Shown here piece by piece: positions 24,978 to 38,354 of a stretch of 64,000 nucleotides of DNA. The position numbers and the translations under genes are program-made. The DNA lies in contig OZ024757.1 in NCBI GenBank assembly GCA_964016885.1, forward strand, positions 22,754,001 through 22,818,000, written 5' to 3'. The first letter of the stretch is position 1. Every line of letters starts with the position of its first letter. Source of the DNA: Eledone cirrhosa. Its lineage: Eukaryota. The notes beneath the pieces were generated by a model. It did not search any database and was not told where the DNA came from. It was given only the letters and a program-made list of their open reading frames with translations.

Positions 24978-25277
24978 ATCATCATCATCATCATCATCAT
25001 CAGGTTTAGCGTCCGTGTTCCACGCTTGCATGGGTTTGGACGGGGGTTTTCCCACTTGAGGCAAGAGTGGTTGTCTTGCTCGCATAGGACTGTCTGGCGG
25101 GTTTTCTACAGTTGGATGCCCTTCCTAACACCAACCACATTTACAGTGTGGGGCTGGGAGGTTTTTACCGTGTTGCCTACACGGCCACATTACAGCGTGG
25201 ACTGTCTGGCGGGTTTTCTACAGCTGGATGCCCTTCCTAACACCAACCACATTTACAGGAAGGGCATCCAGCTGTAG
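24978..25277 (-). mobile_element. RTE LINE 3' UTR fragment with a short terminal inversion
   Basis: Matches 7589-7860 and 47975-48180. It ends in aggaagggcatccagctgtag, the inverse of the adjacent ctacagctggatgcccttcct. Confidence 0.75.
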
Positions 25278-25376
25278 TATATATATATATATATATATAT
25301 CAATGAATTTATGTATATATATATAAAAAAAATAGAATTTCGTTTTTCACTCTAACATAGTGAATATATATATATA

Positions 25377-25720
25377 TCATCATCACCGTTTTACGTCCGT
25401 TCTTCCACGCTAGCATGGGTTAGACGGGTTGTCCTGTTGTGGGCAGTGTCTGGTCGGCTGACCATGCCTTGCTCATACAGGAACTGATTTGGCTTGATTT
25501 CTACAGCTGGATGCCCTTCCTAACACCAACCTCATTTACAGTGAGTGCTGGGTGCTTTTTCGTGGCGCCTACACGTCCACTTTACAGTGTGGGCTGGGTG
25601 CTTTTTTGCCGTGGCACCTCCACGGCCACCTTGCGGTGGGGGGTGTGGGGGCATATTGTCTATATGCTTCAGCTTGTACCCATGGGAGGTCGGGTACTCT
25701 GTATTACTGCGTGACGCCTT
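25377..25720 (-). mobile_element. 5'-truncated RTE LINE (family of 32829-33440)
   Basis: Minus-strand ORF end RHAVIQSTRPPMGTS* plus the same 3' UTR as 33183-33440. Confidence 0.8.
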
Positions 25721-25939
25721 TGAGAGGTGTAATTGGGTAAGGTCGGCTTATATATGTATATATATATATATATATGTGCCTACACACATAAGTTCATAGA
25801 TACACACACACATATATATATATATATATTTATTTATGTTTATATATTTATATATATGTAAATATTTATCTATGAACTTGTGTGTATATGTGTAGTTATA
25901 TTAAAATGTTTGTGTATACACACATGCACACACACAGAC

Positions 25940-25970
<31 letters not shown>

Positions 25971-26067
25971 AACTAGAAATTGATTGACATATATATCTAA
26001 AATAAACACATGAAACAATGGATATGGCGCATGTCTCTCGGACATGACACCCTTAATTTAATTTTGG

Positions 26068-26125
<58 letters not shown>

Positions 26126-26556
26126 TATATATATTTCCATCCAATGCCAGCATGGAAAAGTAGATGATGATGGTGATTATCTTTCAATTAAGATGACATG
26201 GGGAGTATGTGTAATTTGTGGCAATATTGGCTGCTATTTTCAGCAAGGCTGGTGACTATATTAAAGCTCCCTTGTTGAACACCAAGACCAGCCAACATAA
26301 ATGTGTCTTTACTTATTAGACACTGATACTACAGAAGACGAACCCTGCTCTCTCTCATCTCTCTTTCCCCTCTCTTTTCTCTCTCCCCATCTCTCTCCCC
26401 CCATCTCTCTTCTCCCCTTCCCCCCCCTCTCTCTCTCTATATTTCATTCCTTCTGAAAAGTAGTTTGTGTAAGAAGCAGTTTGATGTATAAAGAACTTCG
26501 TTTTTAAATATATACATGCATATATATATACAAACATATATATATATATATATAAG

Positions 26557-26600
<44 letters not shown>

Positions 26601-26921
26601 ATATATATTATATATATATATATATATCCTTGCAAGCAGGGAAAAGTGGATGTAAAATGATGATATATATACATACACACATAGGTATATACATACACAA
26701 ACACACATATATACACAAATATTCATACACACATATATATATATGGACACACACACGTACATATATATACATGTATATAAACATACATAAACACACTCAT
26801 TGCTATATATATATATGTCTGACTGTTTATCTGTTCCTATTCCTACTATATATTGATCTTTCAGAAAAAGAATCTACATAACCAGATTTCCTTCTCTTAT
26901 TTTTATTTTTCTCTCATTTTA

Positions 26922-26964
<43 letters not shown>

Positions 26965-27391
26965 TTATTTTATTTTATTTTATTTTTTTTTTGCAATATT
27001 CAGAAAATGATAAACTCTAAATTCAAAAACAACATATTTGAATTTTTGTTGTTGTTCGTCTGTTTATTTTATTTTATTTTATTTTATTTTTATTTGTTTC
27101 TTATTTTTTTATATATATATATGTTTATTTTTTATTTTTTTATTTATTCCCTATTTTATATGTTTCTTTGATTTGCTTTTGTTTTGTTTTTCACTCTGGT
27201 TCTTTTAAAATGTTTTATGAAAATATATTGTCAGATTCAATTATAATAAATTGTTATCTTTCCACTCTGGAAATAGAGGAAGTGTTGTTTTTAATAACCA
27301 AAACAAAGGCAAAAATCACCTTAACAGAAATCATATATATTTATTGTGCTTCTTTGGAAAGTCTTTATACCAAAGGATCCTAATAGATTGA

Positions 27392-27790
27392 TACAAGGGG
27401 TGACAGAAAAGTAACAGGACTTAGCATGCTGTGTGAGCTATGACTGGGGTAGGGATTAGTGGGTTGTGTTACCATGTGACATAATATCTGTGGAGTGTAT
27501 AATAGCAATCTCAGCTCTCTGCAGCCACTGTATCATATTTTCTCTTTCCTCAAGCCCAAGTAAGTCATCAAGGGACCCCATTTTCTGGATGTGGAAACCA
27601 TCAAAAGAGCCTTGATGATGGAGCTGCAGAAAATCCTGGGAGAATCCTTCCAGGAATGCATGGAGACAGGTAGATGGGAAAGTGCATTAGACTTGAGGAG
27701 GTTTATTTCAAAGGGGAAAACTTGTAGTTTGGATTTGAAATACATTTTTTGTGCCCTCAGTCTTGTTTCTTTTCTGACAAACCTCATTTG
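27392..27790 (+). mobile_element. Decayed, internally deleted mariner element
   Basis: TIR-like ends tacaaggggtgacagaaaagtaac and tttcttttctgacaaacctc. Remnant FL...VIKGPHFLDVETIKRALMMELQKILGESFQECME...KCIRLEEVYFKG resembles a mariner C-terminus. Confidence 0.65.
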
Positions 27791-27959
27791 AGAAACCTCC
27801 AGATCATTTGTTCAAGATAATGTACGAGGGTATACTTAATATTGCTTATTTCAATGGACTAATTATGAAGAGGAAGTATTTTATCAAAGGAAGCCTCTGA
27901 CATGAGTTTCTCAAGATGGGCCAACCCATCTTTTATCATAGGCTTCTTTAGTTTATGAC

Positions 27960-30300
27960 TTATCTCTTAACAAACCTTTAATGATTTAGCAGAAAACGTC
28001 GAAAAATGGGTTTGTTAATTCAAATGTTTATATCTTTGCTAGTAAACAGACCAACGTGAAAATTTGCAGTATTAACTCTTAACATATTGTAATGTTTTAG
28101 CAGAAAATATCTAAAAATAAGTTTGATGATAAAATGTTTATAGTATCTTTACTAGTGGACAGATCATTGTGAAAATTTACAGCTTTAGAGAAAAGGTTTC
28201 AAATTCTAACATGATGCAATCATATTGTTGCTTTATACTTTTCAAGAATGTCTAGCAAATATAGTTTCTTGTGATTTGTTAATTCAAATGTTTATAATAT
28301 CTTTACTAATGGATAGATAATTGTGAAAATTTGCAGTTTTAAAGTAAAGATTTAATATTCAATGAGAGGCAGTCATTGTGTTGTTGTGTTGTTTTGAAGA
28401 ATGTATTGCTAATGTCAGGCGGCGAATTGGCAGAGTCAGATAGAATGTTTTTTGGAATTCTTTCTGCCTCTCTGCTCTCTGAGTTCAAATCCCACTGAGG
28501 TAACTTTGCCTTCCATCCTTTTGAGGTTGATAAAAAAAAGTACCAGTCTAGTACTGGGGTCGATTTTTTCCTCTCTCTGGAAGAAATCTGCTGTACTCAG
28601 GCCTGGAGAGGGAAGGGCTCCGCCAGGCTTAAAATGCCCAAGAAATGCTGTATGGGAATACAGTGCCCCTACGACTCTATCCGGAGTTAGGGGACCATAC
28701 ATACATAGATGTGGTTTCCTGTGGTTTGGTAATTATCTTTATTAGTGGGCAGATTGTTGTGAAAATCTTCAGAATTATAGGAAAGATTACAAATTTGAAT
28801 GTGAGGTAGTTATAATGTTGTTTTGCACTTTTAAAGAAAGTATTGCTAATGTAGTTTCATATGGTACAGAATATTAAGAGTTAAGGACTTGAACTATGGG
28901 TTACAGGCCCACCTGTCACCAACTTTTCAATGGTTCACCCACAGATTTAGAAACATTTACAGAGATATGCTTATTCCAAAATATATTGGCGCCATGATAA
29001 AAGGCATAGGGTAGAGAGTAGAATTGTATGTCAGGTTCCCAGGCCACATGGAGGTGTTTTATTGATGGTCGTTTTCTATCCTGGTTTATTTCATACAGGG
29101 AAAAATAAATGTTGAACATTTTTCTTTTAATCTATTGTTTATAAATTTTGAAATCGTGATATTCCTAGGTGGGGAGGGTGCCAGAATCTAACCTTGCCTA
29201 GGGTGCCAGATAGTCTGGCACCAGCCCTGGATACAGTCATAGTACTTCTTTACACTTCTGAAGAATGTATTGTTCTTACTCAAATGTTTATAGTATCTTG
29301 GCTAGTGGACAGATTGTAGGGAAAAATGTGCAGTATTAAAGTAAGACTTCATAGAGGCACATGGCTTAGTGGTTAGAGCATTGGGCTTGCAATCGAAAGG
29401 TCGTGAGTTCAATTCTCAGACCGAGTGAGCAAGGCACTTTATTTCACATTGCTCCAGTTTGCTCAGCTGTAGAAATGAGATGATAGGGACTGGGGTCCCT
29501 ATCATTCCACTGCAAAGTGGGCGTGTAGGCGCCATGGAAAAAAAAGCACCCAGCACTCACTGTAAATGAGGTTGGTGCTAGGAAGGGCATCCAGCTGTAG
29601 AAATCAAGCCAGAATCAGTTCCCGTTCCACCCTTGCAAGCAGGGAAAAGCGGACGTATGATGATGATGATGATGATGATGATGACTTCAAATTCTTATGT
29701 GATGCAGTCAGACTGATGTTTTGTACTTTTGAAGAACACCTTGCGAATGTGGTTTCATGCGGTACAGGATGTTAAAAGTTAAGGTCAATAGCTACACTTG
29801 AGTATACTGGCTGGTCTGTAGTAAGCCCAACTCTTGGTAATAGGGGATATGGATATTAAAGTGATGATGATGATGATGATGATGAAACACTGTGTATCAC
29901 TATAGTTCCTCACACATTTACAAAGAAGGCTTTCCTAATGTGGTTTGTTAATTCAGTAAAGTGAAATCAGTTATGAGCCAGTGCTCGGCCAACACTATCC
30001 TTGTGGCTTCGGCATAGGAGTTCAGTGTATTGACATCTGTGTGATCTCATGGTCCAAAGGCTGTCTGCTGTTTCGTGGTACAAATGGCCGACTGCTGTTT
30101 GCTGTCTCCGTGGCTTGTCTGAGAAAGTAATACTGCTGCTTACTTAAATAGTGTTTTCAACCAGGGGGAGACAACTAGGCCTGGTCCATTATCCGACAGG
30201 GGGGGGGGGCATAAGGCGTCTTACTACAATAGTATCTTTACTTGTTGACAGAGTGTTGTGATAATTAGCAGTATTAGAATAAAGATTTCAACCTCTCTTA
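27960..30300 (-). repeat. Diverged relatives of the 114-bp satellite unit in inverted orientation, interspersed with SINEs
   Basis: Recurrent gtttgttaattcaaatgtttatagtatctttactagtggacagattgttgtgaaaatttgcagtatt resembles the reverse complement of the 17.7-19.0 kb unit. Confidence 0.75.
29353..29683 (+). mobile_element. SINE family B copy
   Basis: gaggcacatggcttagtggttagagcattgggcttgcaatcgaaaggtcgtgagttcaattctc (A and B boxes), then the RTE tail and (GAT)n. Confidence 0.85.
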
Positions 30301-30639
30301 GTAGGGAATATGTACACTAAACAATAATGAAGGTGGTGATGATGATGATGAAATGCTGTATGCCACTACAGTGCTCCCTACAACTTCACAAAGAATTACA
30401 GCTACTTACACATACATGGATGCTCTGCATTTATAATGCAAGGCTGAACCCACAAAGGGTTTTATTTCCTCTTGGATTACCAACAGACTGCAATTTATAG
30501 GGAGTTTAACCAATCAGCTTCATTGCACTGCAAACATTGAATGGTTGTGTAGTACCTCACCAAGTCACAGGTGGACACTCAGTAAAAACATGTCATGCAG
30601 TTGAGTGAACAAATGACCTCGTTGTCATGACTACATTCC

Positions 30640-31530
30640 ACAACAACAACAACAACAACAGCAAGAAGAAGAATAACATCCACAACAGCAACAGTAGTGG
30701 CAACAGCAGCCACAATAACGACAGTAGTAGCAACAACAACATTAGTAGCAACAGCAGCAGTAATAACAACAGCAACCGCAAAGGCAATAAAAACAACAAT
30801 ATGACAATGACAACATCAACAACATCATGATGGCAAAAACAAACAACAAAAGGAGCAACATTACAACAAAGACAGCACTAACAACACCAACAATACCATC
30901 AACAACACCAACACCACCAACACCAACAACACCAACAACACCATCACCAACAACACCACCACCAGCAATACAACCTCCACCACCAACAATAACAACAACA
31001 AAACCAACACCAACAACAATACCAACAACAACACCAACACCCACAATAACACCAACACCACCAGTAATACAACCACCACCACCACCAACAACAACACCAC
31101 CACCAACACCACCACCAACAACACCAACACCACCAACAACAACACCACCACCACCAACACCAACACCATCAACACTACCAGTAATACAATCACCACCAAC
31201 AACAACACCACCAGCAATAACACCACCACCAACAACACCACCAACACCAACACCACCACCACCAACAACACCACCACCAACACCAACACCATCAACACTA
31301 CCAGTAATACAATCACCACCAACAACAACACCACCAGCAATAACACCACCACCAACAACACCACCAACACCAACAACACCACCAACACCAACACCACCAC
31401 CACCAACAACACCACCACCACCACCAACACCAGCAACACTACCAGTAATACAACCACCACCAACACCACCAACAACAACACCACCAGTAATACAACCACC
31501 ACCAACACCAACACCACCAACAACAACAAC

Positions 31531-31561
<31 letters not shown>

Positions 31562-31570
31562 CCACCACCA
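30640..31570. repeat. (AAC)n/(ACC)n-derived microsatellite and minisatellite
   Basis: Direct inspection. It explains the Pro/Thr-rich and Gly/Val-rich ORFs. Confidence 0.9.
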
Positions 31571-32079
31571 CTCACTAATATAAGGTAGGTATTGTGATAC
31601 ATGACATTTTGTAACAAATTATCTGTTGCTAGATTAGGAGAGCTTTACAGGGAGGAGGGAGGGGGGTATGTTGTGTTTCCAATTTCAGTCCTGCTAAAAT
31701 AAACACAACTGCCAATAAATCACCATCTCTATCATAGAGGGCCAGACGCCATGGCTTTCCAGCATAGTTACGTCCCTTTACGGTCTGAGGTCAAATCCCG
31801 TCAAGGTTAACTTAGCCTAAATAAAGTACCAGTAATGCTCTGGGATAATTGCTGGCCTTGTGCCTAAAGTAGACACAATTATTATGGCAGTGGATTGGCA
31901 GTATCGGTAGAGGGTCAGACGCCATGCTTTGACGCATAGAGTTACGGCCCTTGCCATTCTGAGTTCAAATCCCGCCGAGGTTAACTTTGCCCTACATCCT
32001 TACGGGGTTGATAAAATAAAGTACCAGTAATACACTGGGTAATTTGTTGGCCTTGTGCCAAATGCAGAAACAATTATTA

Positions 32080-32122
<43 letters not shown>

Positions 32123-32155
32123 CGGAGTATTGCTAAAGAGCTTTCTCCGATATTG

Positions 32156-32191
<36 letters not shown>

Positions 32192-32194
<3 letters not shown>

Positions 32195-32297
32195 GGTGTC
32201 CCAAAGAAATGTATACAAACTTTGATTACCTGTATAGGCAATATTTATAAGAATGCTGTTGAAGTATGTATATATCTTGGGGGGGGGGGGTACCCTG
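32192..32297. mobile_element. Small Tc1/mariner-type MITE remnant
   Basis: TA|CAGGGTGTCCCAAAGAAATGTATAC ... gtatatatcttggg(g)ntaccctg next to (TA)n. Confidence 0.5.
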
Positions 32298-32828
32298 TGT
32301 ATGTGTATATATATATATATATATAATATATAAGAACAAATCTTTTGTTCTTATATATTATGTATACTCCAGTCCTACAAACTGTAGAGTGCTTCTTATC
32401 CGATATCTGCATTGCTTTATTGTACTACAATAAAACTCACCTCTTACATTATATATATATATATATATGTATATATACAATAGTGAAGGCGTGTGGCTGA
32501 GTGGTTAGAGAATATGTGTGTGTGTGTGTGTGTGTTTGTATACATATATATATATGTATAAATATATATTGAAATGAGTGTTCTTCCCAATCCAAATGAC
32601 CATAATAATAATTATAATAATAATTATAATAATCATTGTTTATTACAAAAAATAGAAGTTGAGAAAATTGGAGAAAATAACCCTGGAGATATAGAAAATA
32701 TTATATATGACAAAGGATTGTGACGTGTGGAGAGATGCCTTGCTGATAAGGACCTGTCCAACCCATGTGAGTGTGGAAAATCACACGTAAAAACAATGAT
32801 GAAGATGATATATATATATATATATATA

Positions 32829-33440
32829 AGAAACGAAGCCTTCGTGCTCCGATGGATGTGTAATAGTAATATACGCAAACGGCAAAGTATAAACGAATTG
32901 AGAGAGAGACTGAGCATAAGAGGAATCAAATGCTGTGTGCAGGAGAGGAGGTTATGTTGGTATTGACATGTGATGCGTATGAAGGATGACAGCTGCATAA
33001 AAAGGTGCAGAGCACTAGAAGTCGATGGAAGCCGCGGAGTGGGGAGACCCAAGAAGACCTTGGATGAGGTTATAAAGGCCGACCTTACCCAATTGCACCC
33101 CTCAAGAGCAATGACACACGACCGTGACCTCTGGCGTCACGCAGTAATACAGATGACCCGACCACCCACAGGAACAAGCTGAAGCATATAGACAATATGC
33201 CCCCACACCCTCCCACTGCAAAAGGGTCGTGGAGGTGCCACGGCAAAAAAAGCACCCAGCCCACACTGTAAATGAGGTTGGTGTTAGGAAGGGCATCCAG
33301 CTGTAGAAATCAAGCCAGAATCAGTTCCCATATGAGCAAGACAAGGTCAGCCGACCGGACACTGCCCACAACAGGACAACCTGTCTAACCCATGCTAGCG
33401 TGGAAGAACGGACGTAAAACGGTGATAATGGTGATGATGA
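32829..33440 (+). mobile_element. 5'-truncated RTE LINE: ORF C-terminus plus complete 3' UTR
   Basis: RNEAFVLRWMC...RGIKCCVQERRLCWY*HVMRMKDDSCIKRCRALEVDGSRGVGRPKKT...HDRDLWRHAV is homologous to the 48378-49301 C-terminus. Tail ends in (GAT)n. Confidence 0.9.
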
Positions 33441-33469
33441 TATATATATGTGTGTGTGTGTAGATCCAA

Positions 33470-34375
33470 TATATATATATATATACATACACACACATAC
33501 ATACGTACATACACATACACACATACATACATACATATACCCATACACATACATACACATACACACATACATACATACACATACATACATACACACATAC
33601 ATACATACACATACACACATACATACATACACATACATACATATACATACATACATACATACATACACACACACATCCATACATACACACATACACATAC
33701 ACACATATATGTATATATGTGCGCACATATACATACCTATGCACACATACACATACCTCAGCACACACATAAACTAACACAGACATATATTAACACACAT
33801 ACTAACACACAAGTACATAACGACACACATATACATACACACATACACACATACATACATACATACACATACATACATACATACATACACATACATACAC
33901 ACATACATACATACATACATACACATACATACATTATACACATACATACACACATACACACATACATATATACACTACATACATACACACATACACACAT
34001 ACACACATACATACATACATACATACACATACATACACACATACACACATACATATATACACTACATACATACACACAGACACATACATACACACATACA
34101 CACATACATATATACACTACATACATACACACATACACACATACATACATACATACACACATACATATATACATACACACATACATACATACACACATAC
34201 ACACATACATACATACATACATACACATATATACACACATACACACATACATACACACACACATACATACATACATACATACATACATACATACATACAC
34301 ACACACATACATACACACGCATACACACATACATACATACACTACATACATACACACATACATACACACATATAT
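33470..34375. repeat. (CATA)n/(CA)n compound microsatellite
   Basis: Direct inspection. Confidence 0.95.
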
Positions 34376-35130
34376 ACTGTACACTATCAAGTTATGCCTG
34401 GGTGATTATAGAAAAGATTTTAATCAGTTCTCTAAGAGACCTGACTAATTGAAGGTGGTCTTCTTCTGTGAAGGACCCCTCCTCATCTTCACCCTTCACT
34501 GATTAGTGTCAGCATCTGAAGGTCATGCTTCATTAGAGACAGGAGCAATCTGAACCTGCAAGTCATCCTTCTCCATGATAATAATAATAATAATAATTGT
34601 TTCTACTTTTGGCACAAGGGGCCAGCAAATTACCGCAGTACATTACTGGTACTTTATTTTATCGACCCCCGTAAGGATGAAAGGCAAAGTTAACCTCGGC
34701 GGGATTTGAACTCAGATCGTAAAGGGACGGAACTCTGTGCATCAAAGCATGGCGTCCGACCCCCTACTGATATTGCCAATCCAAATAATAATAATTGTTT
34801 CTACATTTGGCACAAGGCCAGCAATTACACCAGTGCATTACTGGTACTTTATTTTATCGACCCCGTAAGGATGAAAGGCAAAGTTAACCTCGGCGGGATT
34901 TGAACTCAGATCGTAAAGGGACGGAACTCTGTGCATCAAAGCATGGCGTCTGACCCCCCTACCGATACTGCCAATCCAAATAATAATAATGATAATAGTT
35001 TCATCTATTGGCCAATAATAATTGTTTCTACGTTTGGCACAAGGCCAGCAATTACCCCAGTGCATTACTGGTACTTTATTTTATCGACCCCCCGTAAGGA
35101 TGAAAGGCAAAGTGAACCTCATAATAATGC

Positions 35131-35460
35131 TTTCTTTATTAACCACAAGGGTTTACACAAAGTAAGACATTAAGGACAATACAGGACGGTACAAATGGGC
35201 ATTTCTGCATGTAAAAAAACAAAAACAGAGGATGTAACAAAAAAGGAACAATGAAATATTCCCCAATAGAGGGGGAAGGGGAGACTTCCGAGGGCCATTG
35301 TGGAGAAAGCCCATTAAAAAAAAGCCACGGTGACCCTGACCAACAGGGCAAGTGCCCTCTCCCAGTTTTCCACCTACAATTTACAGGCACATACTCAGAG
35401 TAGGCCCATTCACTCAGGCCATTCTTGCCTCTCTCACCCATCTTTCAACAAAATGCTGGG
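35131..35460 (-). mobile_element. L1/Tx1-like LINE 3' end
   Basis: Minus-strand QHFVERWVREARMA*VNGPTLSMCL* and 3' end cccttgtggttaataaagaaag are homologous to the 14979-15655 copies. Confidence 0.6.
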
Positions 35461-35729
35461 AAGATGATAGTTTCATCTATTGGCCAATAATAATTGTTTC
35501 TACTTTAGGCACAAGGCCAGCAATTACTCCAGTACATTACTGGTACTTTATTTTATCGACCCCGTAAGGATGAAAGGCAAAGTTAACCTCGGCGGGATTT
35601 GAACTCACATCGTAAAGGGACGTAACTACACTGGAAAGTAAAGGGTCGTAACTCTATGCTGTAAAGCCAGTTTGAACAGAAAGAGGAAAGAGAATTCTGG
35701 ACAGATACGGCTGGTTTAAATGGTAACGG

Positions 35730-35890
35730 GATAAGGTAGACTCAACTCAACATAAGGTAGACTCAGCTCAACATAGGGTAGGCTCAACTCAACATAAAGT
35801 AGACTCAGCTCAACATAGGGTAGGCTCAACTCAACATAAAGTAGACTCAGCTCAACATAGGGTAGGCTCAACTCAACATAAAGTAGACTG
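35730..35890 (-). repeat. 21-bp tandem repeat (inverted paralogue of the 53580-53818 array)
   Basis: Unit ataaggtagactcaactcaac. Confidence 0.9.
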
Positions 35891-36673
35891 CGTTAGTCAA
35901 TAAAATAGAAGTGATCCAGTACCAAAAGCTTCATATCCAGGTACCAATCTACGGCCTGTCGTTGAGTACTTCTGTTCTATATCATTATCAAGGTTATAGC
36001 AAATTTGTTTTCCTAAACATTGATTTATGCAATAATTGTTTCTGCTTTTGGCACAAGGCTAGCAATTATCCCAGTGTATTACTGGTACTTTATTTTATCG
36101 ACCCCCGTAAGGATGAAAGGCAAAGTGAACCTCGGCGGGATTTGAACTCAGATTGGAAAGGGCCGTAACTCTATGTGTCAAAGCATGGCGTCCGACCCTC
36201 TACCGATACCACAAGGCCAACACTTTTTGGGGGAGGGGAAAGTCAATTAGATCAATCCCAGTGTATTACTGGTACTTTATTTTATCAACCACATAAGGAC
36301 GAAACATTAGCAGGTTTTGAACTCAAGTTATAAAAGGACGTAACTCTATGCTGCAAAGCATGTTGTCTGACTTTTTACCGATACTGTCAATCCAATATTA
36401 ATTGTTTCTACGTTAGGCTCAAGGCCAGCAAATTACCCAGTGCATTACTGGTACTTTATTTTATCGACCCCGTAAGGATGAAAGGCAAAGTCAACCTCGG
36501 CGGGATTTGAACTCAGATCGTAAAGGGACGTAACTATGCTGGAAAGCATGGCGTCCGACCCTCTACCGATACTGTCAATCCAATAATAATAATAATTGTT
36601 TTTACTTTTGGCACAGTAAATCAAGGCCAGCGATTATCCCAGTGCATTACTGGTACTTTATTTTATCGACCCC

Positions 36674-36960
36674 AAAATTATCCAAATATAAAGATCTAGA
36701 GACAGAAATAACATGAATGTGGATGATGAGGACATAAAGGATGTCTACATTAATAGGTACTCAGGGAATGATAAAATAAAACTCACACAGATAGATACAT
36801 AACCAAAGCCCCAGGAGTTAGAAATATATACAACATACAGAAAATAGCCAAACTGGGCCCGGCATATCTATTATGGCGAGTACTCTCAATACAATAGAAA
36901 CAACACTGCATGTAGCCAAGGTACACATAGCTATGCTCGGTAATGTAGTAATAACATCTG
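36674..36960 (+). mobile_element. Decayed R4/Dong-type 3' fragment
   Basis: KLSKYKDLETEIT*MW...IGTQGMIK...IQKIAKLGPAYLLWRVLSIQ*, homologous to 22924-23129. Confidence 0.65.
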
Positions 36961-37559
36961 AGAAAAATACAACTAATATAAATTATAATGATACTAATAA
37001 AATCTAAATATAATTGGAAACTATAAAACAGACTATTATATTGGCTTTGCTTTTCTGTAATTAACTGAAACCAATAAATAAACATTTTTCAGCCAATAAA
37101 TTAAAAATTATATCAGATATCATCATCATCATCATCAACAACGTTTAATGTCTAACGTTTAATTTTTTTTTTTTATACCACATATATTATATAAAGTATC
37201 ATTATATCACAGGTGGATTGGCAGTATCGTTAGATGGTCGGACGCCATGCTTTGCAGCAAAGTTACGTCTCTTTATGGACTGAGTTCAAATCCCGCCTAG
37301 GTTAACTTTGCCTTTCATCCTTATGGGGGTCGATAAAATAAAGTACCAGTAATGCACTGGATAATTGCTGGCCTTGTGCCAAAAGTAGAAACAATTATAT
37401 CACATATATTATATTGTATTTCATAAAGTATCAATATAGCAACATGTTATATCTTCTTCAATGTTGTTTATATTATATTTAGTAGTATTAATCTGACCAG
37501 GAAAAATATATGTGACCCAAAATGTTTCAGTACTAAGACAATATATATGTAAGGGTGGT

Positions 37560-38082
37560 TGGAAACAAGAATGGCACACTGTTATAGAAACTATGTCTAA
37601 TAGGGTTTAAAGGACCCTTGCATTGTGTCAAAGACACAACAACCTCTCTAATGCTGATGGTCTCCCTAATAAAAGCATCTAGTATATGCTGTAAAGTGGT
37701 TGGTGATAGGAAGGGTATCCAGCTGTAGAAAGCTTGTCAAACAAAGTGTTGGGTGGACCCTATAGTTGTGTCAAAGACATGATAACCACCGCAGTGCCGA
37801 TGATCTACACAGTAAAAACACCAAGTGCATTCTGTAAAGTGGTTGGTGTTAGTAAGGGCATCCAACCATAGAAAGCTTGCCAAACAAGGAGTCAAGAGGA
37901 CCCTTCAGTTTGTGTCAAAAGACACAACTTCTCCTCTGTAGATGGTATGACCATACATAAGTGAGATACAGACCCCTTGGCCTGTTAGGGACACCAGGAA
38001 CTCTGCTTCAGTACTGACATGGCCTATGTAGATTTGTCCAACCCTTGCAAGCAGGGAAAGCTGACATTAAACGATGACGATG
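37560..38082 (+). mobile_element. Old tandemly repeated RTE-tail-like fragments
   Basis: Degenerate ctgtaaagtggttggtg(a/t)tag(g/t)aaggg(t/c)atcca units ending acccttgcaagcagggaaag...gatgacgatgat. Confidence 0.55.
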
Positions 38083-38354
38083 ATATGTGTGTATGTGTGT
38101 ATATATATGTGTGTGTGTGTGTGTAGGGCCAAATAGACATATTTTGTCAAGGCTAATACTCTGGAGTTGTATAACTACTATTGATTAGTCAATATATCAA
38201 TAACATCTTAGTTCATTTTCTCCTATGAAATGATTGTAAAGCAATGGATTAATTATGTACTAAATCTTGTCTTATTTGTTTTCATTGTTCAAGCCCCCCC
38301 ATCCTTCCCTCTATCTATCTCTCTCTCACTATATATATATATATATATATATAT

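Larger units (their letters stand above)
34592..36675 (-). mobile_element. Dense cluster of about 8 SINE family A copies (minus strand) with interleaved elements
   Basis: Repeated aattgtttctac...ggcacaaggccagcaatta...cagtgcattactggtactttattttatcgacccc. Confidence 0.8.

Noticed and set aside
29353-29425. tRNA gene calls at SINE heads
   Set aside because: A and B boxes are present but run into SINE bodies, with no acceptor-stem closure or terminator.
30827-31588. 253-aa Pro/Thr-rich mucin-like ORF and the antisense Gly/Val ORF
   Set aside because: It lies entirely in an (ACC/AAC)n repeat that is open in several frames on both strands, with no signal peptide, domain or splice support.
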